64,000 nt of DNA from Oceanispirochaeta sp. Lineage in GTDB: Bacteria > Spirochaetota > Spirochaetia > DSM-2461. The translations under genes were made by a program, and so were the position numbers. Below the pieces are notes generated by a model that worked only from the letters and a program-made list of their open reading frames with translations, was not told the DNA's origin and ran no database searches. Numbering within the stretch: the first letter of the stretch is position 1; each line of letters begins with the position of its first letter. Shown here piece after piece: positions 58,081-64,000 of the stretch. Location: the NCBI GenBank assembly GCA_963663385.2, contig CAXXXD010000002.1:1376001-1440000 (forward strand), read 5' to 3'.

Positions 58081-59238
58081 ATGTTGATTCGTTATGGTAA
58101 AAATGAAAAAGGCCGTCTGATACGACAGGCCAAAGTATATACATTAAAAGAACACGGTATCAGCCGCAAACAGCTGGATCCGGATGCTTTAAAAGTGACT
58201 GAGCGTTTGAGAAATGCCGGATATCAGGCATATATTGTCGGAGGCGCCGTAAGGGATCTCCTTATAGACAAAGCTCCTAAAGACTATGATATTGCCACTG
58301 ATGCCTATCCTTCAAGGGTCAGGAAGATTTTTCGCAATTCACGGATTATAGGAAAACGTTTCCGTCTGGTTCATGTCTATTTCCCGGGGAATAAAATCCT
58401 TGAAGTAGCAACCTTCCGTTCCCTGGACGGAAAAGATGGGCAGAATATCTACGGTTCGATAGATGAAGACGCCAAAAGAAGGGATTTTACTCTGAATGCC
58501 CTCTATTATTCTCCCAGAGAAGAACAGATAATTGATTATCATGACGGTGTGAAGGATATCCGCAGAAACCGCCTGAAAAGTGTCATACCCCTGAATACTA
58601 CTTTTGTGGAAGATCCTGTCAGGATGCTCAGGGCTGTTAAATACTCTATATCGACGGGTTCCAGAATTCCCTATCCACTGAAGAAAGCCATTAAAAAACA
58701 CTCCTCTCTTCTTGGGGATGTCTCGGTATCACGGATGACAGAGGAAATCTTTAAAATACTGCAATCCTCCTGTGCCGCACCGATTTTTCAAAGCTGCCGG
58801 GATCTTCTGCTGTTCGAATACCTCCTTCCGGGAATTCAGAAAGAATTCGACAGACCGGGAACAGGGCGATCCTTTACCAGACGTTTTTTCCAGGATATGG
58901 AAAGGCTTGATGAGTACGCACGCCGGGAGGGGGAGAATAAAACCAGGAGCCGTATGCTTCAGTATCTAACTCAGGCATGGCTTGAAGAAACCGGCGCCCT
59001 CCAGGCAGGAACCGAGAGTGTTTTTATGGATGTCGTCACTGATGTGAAGAACTGCCTGAAGCCTATGATCGCACCCAACCGGGAAGTGATGGATGCGGTA
59101 AAGCATATCTTTAAAAAGAATAACTGGAAGATTCCCCGTCGCAGACCGTCATACAGAGGAAGCGGAGTCAAGAAGGGATGGTCAGGCAAATCACCTAAAA
59201 AGAGCCTTCCCCAAAAAGCGGATCCTCTTAAAGTCTGA
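58081..59238 (+). CDS. pcnB: Poly(A) polymerase (nucleotidyltransferase)
   Basis: VGGAVRDLL, KDYDIAT, IIGKRFRLVHV (PAP signature), RRDFTLNAL and EDPVRMLRA motifs. Confidence 0.9.
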   Translation: MLIRYGKNEKGRLIRQAKVYTLKEHGISRKQLDPDALKVTERLRNAGYQAYIVGGAVRDLLIDKAPKDYDIATDAYPSRVRKIFRNSRIIGKRFRLVHVYFPGNKILEVATFRSLDGKDGQNIYGSIDEDAKRRDFTLNALYYSPREEQIIDYHDGVKDIRRNRLKSVIPLNTTFVEDPVRMLRAVKYSISTGSRIPYPLKKAIKKHSSLLGDVSVSRMTEEIFKILQSSCAAPIFQSCRDLLLFEYLLPGIQKEFDRPGTGRSFTRRFFQDMERLDEYARREGENKTRSRMLQYLTQAWLEETGALQAGTESVFMDVVTDVKNCLKPMIAPNREVMDAVKHIFKKNNWKIPRRRPSYRGSGVKKGWSGKSPKKSLPQKADPLKV

Positions 59239-59275
59239 CGATAGACTGCTGTTATCCTTTCAGATTGTATGGCAA

Positions 59276-60127
59276 TCAGTTCAGGGGTTTCTTTCGTTTG
59301 GATATCTTTGAAATCTCAATATCCACTTCATCAATTATAATACCGGTAAAACGTTCGATCTTGTCGAGGACGTAAGCCTGGAGTTCATGGAGCTGGCTTC
59401 CCAGCTGGCTGCCGTATCCTGCCTCAACATAAATTCGAATTTTGTAACCACGTCTGTCCCGTTTTACGGTGATCTTCATGATTTTTATTTCACTGTCGTA
59501 TTCATCGATGCAGTGAAGGATCATCTGGGACAGGGCGGCTTCTGAAATCTTGACGCTTCCTTTCTGATTCTGATTATGAAAGTGCGGGGTAACGACGGCT
59601 TTTTCAAAAATCTGAGTTTCTTTTCTGAAGCCGAAACCTTTTCTGAACAGTATTTTGATTGAGTCCGAAAGAATATGGGAATAATCCTGTTTTACCTCTA
59701 TGCTCGGAACAGGAATTATATGTTTGCCTTCTGTATAACGGGAGTGAATGGCTTTATCGATCTCTTCGCGGCTGGCTATATCCTCAATCCGGATGATCCT
59801 GGTTATGGGAGGGAGGTTAAGCCTTTCAGTCATTTTCTTTACCATCCTGTCGGATGTGCCTATAAGAAGAATTTTCTTGAGCCGGGACTTTCTGATGGCA
59901 TCTCTCACTTCCATTCTGTGTTCGGGGTTGTCAAAGAGAGCTGTTTTTATAGCTCCCATATAAAGTTTTTCCTTTTTGGCAGATCTTCCCGCTATAATAC
60001 GGTTGTCATGAATTAATAGACCGTCATCTATTATATAAGGTATGTTGTATTTCTCTGCCAGCAGCTTGGCCCTGAAGCTCTTTCCTGTACCGCTTTTACC
60101 AATCAGAGCATATACCTTGATTCCCAT
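59276..60127 (-). CDS. P-loop protein with C-terminal Asp23/Gls24-like domain
   Basis: GKSGTGKS, IIDDGLLI, AGRSAK and GKHIIPVP motifs. Start is uncertain (ORF open to 60256). Confidence 0.7.
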   Translation of the reverse strand: MGIKVYALIGKSGTGKSFRAKLLAEKYNIPYIIDDGLLIHDNRIIAGRSAKKEKLYMGAIKTALFDNPEHRMEVRDAIRKSRLKKILLIGTSDRMVKKMTERLNLPPITRIIRIEDIASREEIDKAIHSRYTEGKHIIPVPSIEVKQDYSHILSDSIKILFRKGFGFRKETQIFEKAVVTPHFHNQNQKGSVKISEAALSQMILHCIDEYDSEIKIMKITVKRDRRGYKIRIYVEAGYGSQLGSQLHELQAYVLDKIERFTGIIIDEVDIEISKISKRKKPLN

Positions 60128-60321
60128 AATTGTCCCTTTTACCGAAGTAAAGAACTGCTGTAGTTTGTCAACTGGAACATTATTACTCATATAATGTAAA
60201 ATATAATCAATAGAGCCCTTCTGGTACAGTGTTTTCTTGCTTTCAATTCTTGACAAATCCCCCCTATAAACGGAAAATTATCCCCAATGGTTCGGACAGC
60301 TGCTCTAAGGGATGACAAATA

Positions 60322-61851
60322 ATGACAAGGATAAGAAATCTCTCTTCTTTCGGGGAGCTAAAAAGGTTTTCAATCCTTGCTTTTACAGTATTGGCCCTTC
60401 TAGGCGGAACCATCCTTTTAAATCAGTCAGTCAGTGGCCGGTACTGGTCTTCCTGGTACCCTCTTTATATTCCTGAATCTGAAATCAGTCCTTCTCTCAT
60501 TTCCCGGATATCCGAAGTAAGCGGTGGGAATTTTCTTTACTACGGTAATGCGGAGTTTTACTATAACGGTTTTAACGGCATGAATTCTGCAAGTGTGACA
60601 GAACTGGAGGCGGGTGATAAGCTGCTGCAGAACGATCCAAGGTTTGATCCCTTTATGCGGGAGGGGGGTAAATACTTTAAAGACGGTATATATCGAATCT
60701 TCTATTTACCTGTTTCTTTATCTCCGTTAGAATACCGGTATAAATTGAGATCCTACTGGAATAATGCCTGGATTTTCCCGGACGGGAAGTGGGATAAAAC
60801 TCTGATGTGGACGGCGATTGTATTTTCGCTTATTGCCCTCATTCATTCGAGGGGTAAGCTATTAGCTTTCCTTATGCTGGTTCTATATGCGGGTTTTGCT
60901 GTTGCATCGGGAAATGAGAGTGTTATCCTGCCCGGTATGGTAACACTCTTTTTAATGAACCATTACGGAAAAGCAGGTCCTTACAGTCTCTTCCTGGCTC
61001 TTCTGGTTCCCTTTCCGGGGATCATTGCCATGGCAGGCGGAATGATAAGTCTGGTAGACTGCAGTGCTTTTCTGATAATATACTTCTTCAGCCTTACCCT
61101 GAAAGGGGGAGGGAGGAAACACTCCTGGAGGAGATATAACAGACAGAAGAGGGATGGACTTCTGACGGCCGGGAAAGATCACGATCTGTTTGTCCCCGTA
61201 CCATTAGGCAGCAGGAAAGGGGCTGTCCCTTCTTCTTCTGTAAAAGGGGGGCTGGATCTGATTCCGGTTATATTGCAGACTTCCCTGCTTGCTCTTGCGG
61301 TTCTCTTTTTTGTTACGGGAGAAAAAGTCCTGCCGGTTTCGGTTCCTTCTCCTGTGATGACTCCGGAGAGTGACTGGTCCTGGGGCAGTTTCAGCCGGAC
61401 TGAGCGTTCTGCCGAACTGCCCGGAACGATCGAAATGCTGATGCATAGAGCATACCAGGAATCCTTTCCTTATGGGGGAACCTGGAGCGTCCCCGGCAGG
61501 GGTGATAGTATTTCTCTGCCCGTATATAAGATGGATGATGGGCAGATCCGTTCAAGTCAGAAAATTATAAGGGTGTTTGATGAAGAATGGCTTAAGGCGT
61601 TTCTTCAGGATATGCCCTATGAGGGTCCCGGGTTGCTTTTCAGTACCGAACCGGGGCCGGTTAAAGTAGAAATGACATCGGTTGTTCCCGGATTCCCTGC
61701 CTGGCAGGGTGTCTGTGCGCAGGCGGTTTTTATATTAATTGGATTAATACTGTGTCTGATGAACCTTTCCGGAATGTCCGGTAAAGGGACTGAGGATTTC
61801 AGGATGAGGAATCATTTACTAGTACTTAGGAGGAAACAACAGGCAGCATGA
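60322..61851 (+). CDS. Hypothetical multi-pass membrane protein
   Basis: Several TM segments; ATGA overlap with rnfC. Confidence 0.6.
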   Translation: MTRIRNLSSFGELKRFSILAFTVLALLGGTILLNQSVSGRYWSSWYPLYIPESEISPSLISRISEVSGGNFLYYGNAEFYYNGFNGMNSASVTELEAGDKLLQNDPRFDPFMREGGKYFKDGIYRIFYLPVSLSPLEYRYKLRSYWNNAWIFPDGKWDKTLMWTAIVFSLIALIHSRGKLLAFLMLVLYAGFAVASGNESVILPGMVTLFLMNHYGKAGPYSLFLALLVPFPGIIAMAGGMISLVDCSAFLIIYFFSLTLKGGGRKHSWRRYNRQKRDGLLTAGKDHDLFVPVPLGSRKGAVPSSSVKGGLDLIPVILQTSLLALAVLFFVTGEKVLPVSVPSPVMTPESDWSWGSFSRTERSAELPGTIEMLMHRAYQESFPYGGTWSVPGRGDSISLPVYKMDDGQIRSSQKIIRVFDEEWLKAFLQDMPYEGPGLLFSTEPGPVKVEMTSVVPGFPAWQGVCAQAVFILIGLILCLMNLSGMSGKGTEDFRMRNHLLVLRRKQQAA

Positions 61852-63188
61852 AGCGTTTTAATACGTTCCCCAAAGGGGGAATTCACCCAAGGGACTGTAA
61901 GGAAGCAAGCTGTGAAAAGGCCATACAGAATGCCAGTATGTCCAGTACAGCCGTCATTCCGCTTTCCCAGCATATCGGAGCACCATCCGAATGTCTGGTG
62001 AAAAAGGGTGATACAGTCGAAGAGGGTCAGCTTTTGGGCCGGTCCGGCGGATTCGTATCCGCGAATATTCACTCCCCCGTCCCGGGAGAAGTAAAAGAGA
62101 TCAGGAATATCTATCTGCCCAACGGGATTTCCACTCCCGCCGTTGTAATTGAAATCCAGGGAGAATTCTCCCGTCTGGGTAAAGAGGTTACACCGGTTTC
62201 CTGGGAGAGCATGAGCACGGAAGAACTGACCGCGAAAATTGCCGAAATGGGAATTGTCGGACAGGGGGGAGCTACCTTCCCCACCCATGTAAAACTTGCT
62301 CTTCCCAAAGGGAAAACCTGTGAGGTGTTCATTGTCAATGCGGTGGAGTGTGAACCTTATCTTACCTCGGATCACCGTGTCATGATGGAAAAGGGTGAAG
62401 AGGTCCTTGAAGGAATCCGCATAATCCAGAAAATCCTCAATCCTGTCCGTACGGTTATTGGCATCGAATCAAACAAAATGGATGCGGTAGAGCATTTAAG
62501 TTCTCTTATTCGAGAGTCCGGTCTGGATATGGAAGTAATGCCTCTTCAGGTGAAATACCCTCAGGGTGCGGAAAAGAACCTTATAAAGGCTGTAACAGGA
62601 CGGGAAGTCCCATCGGGAAAACTTCCCCTTGAAGTTGGTGTTATCAATGCCAATGTGGGAACCTGTCTCTCCGTTTTTGAAGCGGTTGTTCTGAACAAAC
62701 CTGTTATTGAAAGAGTCGTTACCGTATCAGGGGGCGCCGTTAAAAATCCTTCCAACCTGAAAGCCAGAGTCGGAACCTCCTTCAGAACCCTGATAGAAGA
62801 CTGCGGAGGATTCTCAGAGGAGCCTGTAAAGATCATAGCCGGCGGTCCCATGATGGGATTTACCGTTTATGATCTGGATACGCCTGTTACAAAGGGAACC
62901 AGTGGAATCCTGGCTCTTACGGCTAAAGAGATCAAAGCGGCCAGGCCGACTGCCTGTCTCTCCTGCGGACGCTGTATCTCAGCCTGTCCCATGGGACTGA
63001 ACCCGACCAGACTGTTCAAACTGATTGACTACAATATGAATGATGAATCGGCGGAAGCCGGTCTTATGGACTGTGTGGAATGCGGCTCCTGCGCTTATAT
63101 GTGTCCAGCTCATATTCCTCTTGTACAGGGATTCCGGAAAGGGAAGAAAATCTTGCGGAAACAATCCATGAAGAAGGCGGGAAAATGA
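61848..63188 (+). CDS. rnfC: Rnf/Rsx electron transport complex subunit C
   Basis: GGIHP, QHIGAP, GGATFPT, NAVECEPYLT, YPQGAEK and GGPMMG motifs; two 4Fe-4S motifs. Confidence 0.95.
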   Translation: MKRFNTFPKGGIHPRDCKEASCEKAIQNASMSSTAVIPLSQHIGAPSECLVKKGDTVEEGQLLGRSGGFVSANIHSPVPGEVKEIRNIYLPNGISTPAVVIEIQGEFSRLGKEVTPVSWESMSTEELTAKIAEMGIVGQGGATFPTHVKLALPKGKTCEVFIVNAVECEPYLTSDHRVMMEKGEEVLEGIRIIQKILNPVRTVIGIESNKMDAVEHLSSLIRESGLDMEVMPLQVKYPQGAEKNLIKAVTGREVPSGKLPLEVGVINANVGTCLSVFEAVVLNKPVIERVVTVSGGAVKNPSNLKARVGTSFRTLIEDCGGFSEEPVKIIAGGPMMGFTVYDLDTPVTKGTSGILALTAKEIKAARPTACLSCGRCISACPMGLNPTRLFKLIDYNMNDESAEAGLMDCVECGSCAYMCPAHIPLVQGFRKGKKILRKQSMKKAGK

Positions 63189-64000
63189 AAGATAAACTGA
63201 CTGTTACTAGTTCTCCCCAGTTTCATCACCCCCAATCTACCAGCAGTATTATGTGGACTGTTTCACTCTGCCTGCTGCCTGCGGGGTTATGGGGATTTTA
63301 TATTTTCGGGTTAAGAGCCATTATCGTAACCCTGGCAGCCATTGCTGCAGCCGTCGGAACAGAAGCGGTTCTGGGGCTGATCAATAAAGAGAATACTATT
63401 ACCGACGGAAGTGCTTTCCTTACGGGACTGCTGATTGGTTTCAATATGCCTCCAGCCGTTCCCATCTATGTAGTTGTGATTGCATCCGTTTTTGCCATAG
63501 CTGTTGTCAAATGGACCTTTGGAGGTCTTGGAGCAAACTGGATGAACCCTGCCCTGGCCGGAAGAGTTTTTGTATTTTTTTCCTGGACCAGCGGTATGAC
63601 CAACTGGACCCTGCCGCACTCGGGCACAATCGATGCGGTATCAGGGCCAACCCCTCTAGGATCTCTGAAAACCGGCCTTGCAGGAATTAATGAAACCATC
63701 CGGGGGCCAATGGATCTACTGTCTGCCGAAGGTGTTCCTGTAACATATCTGGATCTTTTTCTGGGGCGTATTCCCGGTTGTATAGGTGAAGTATCGGCTC
63801 TGCTGCTGATAGCGGGGGGGCTGTATCTTATTATCCGGAAAATTGTCAACTGGGAAATTGTTGTATCCTATCTGGGCAGTTTTGCCCTTCTGGTATGGGT
63901 ATTCGGCGGTTTCCGCTATGGAGCCGGTTTTTTCAGCGGAGATGTCCTGTTTCACCTCTTTTCCGGTGGGTTGATGCTGGGAGCTCTTTTTATGGCTACA
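63185..64000 (+). CDS. rnfD: Rnf/Rsx subunit D (3' end outside window)
   Basis: My translation: MKDKLTVTSSPQ..., DGSAFLTGLL, FGGLG.N..NPALAGR, DAVSGPTPL (FMN site), PGCIGEVS. Confidence 0.93.
   Translation, partial: MKDKLTVTSSPQFHHPQSTSSIMWTVSLCLLPAGLWGFYIFGLRAIIVTLAAIAAAVGTEAVLGLINKENTITDGSAFLTGLLIGFNMPPAVPIYVVVIASVFAIAVVKWTFGGLGANWMNPALAGRVFVFFSWTSGMTNWTLPHSGTIDAVSGPTPLGSLKTGLAGINETIRGPMDLLSAEGVPVTYLDLFLGRIPGCIGEVSALLLIAGGLYLIIRKIVNWEIVVSYLGSFALLVWVFGGFRYGAGFFSGDVLFHLFSGGLMLGALFMAT

Overview
This is a bacterial chromosomal window, probably from a free-living anaerobic spirochaete (Spirochaetaceae-like; inferred from gene content, not verified). From left to right it holds: the AT-rich end of a surface-polysaccharide locus and three envelope genes; a citryl-CoA-lyase-like gene; a REP-like tandem array interrupted by an intact IS1380-family element (19-bp perfect IRs, TTAA duplication); a RelE/ParE toxin-antitoxin pair; and a phosphonate (2-hydroxyethylphosphonate) biosynthesis operon. 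Next come ileS, a DUF559 endonuclease gene bracketed by direct copies of a palindromic repeat doublet, housekeeping genes (hisH/hisF, thiI, cysteine desulfurase, wza/wzz/wecA-like, aroB, hrpA-like, hisS) and an anaerobic purine/urate-degradation gene set (ygeW, carbamate kinase, ygeY, ssnA, ygfK, two PLP enzymes). That set is split by a ~12 kb carbohydrate block (GH130 x2, GT4, ABC, LacI x2). The window ends with pcnB and the start of an rnf operon. The strongest novelty candidate is the DUF559 nuclease plus its dispersed REP/REPIN-like repeat family, a possible nuclease-repeat system without a RAYT transposase in this window. Next are the variant purine pathway with a shared putative operator, the HEP phosphonoglycan locus and a recurring leaderless-promoter pattern. 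All protein calls come from motif recognition by eye; no database searches were run.
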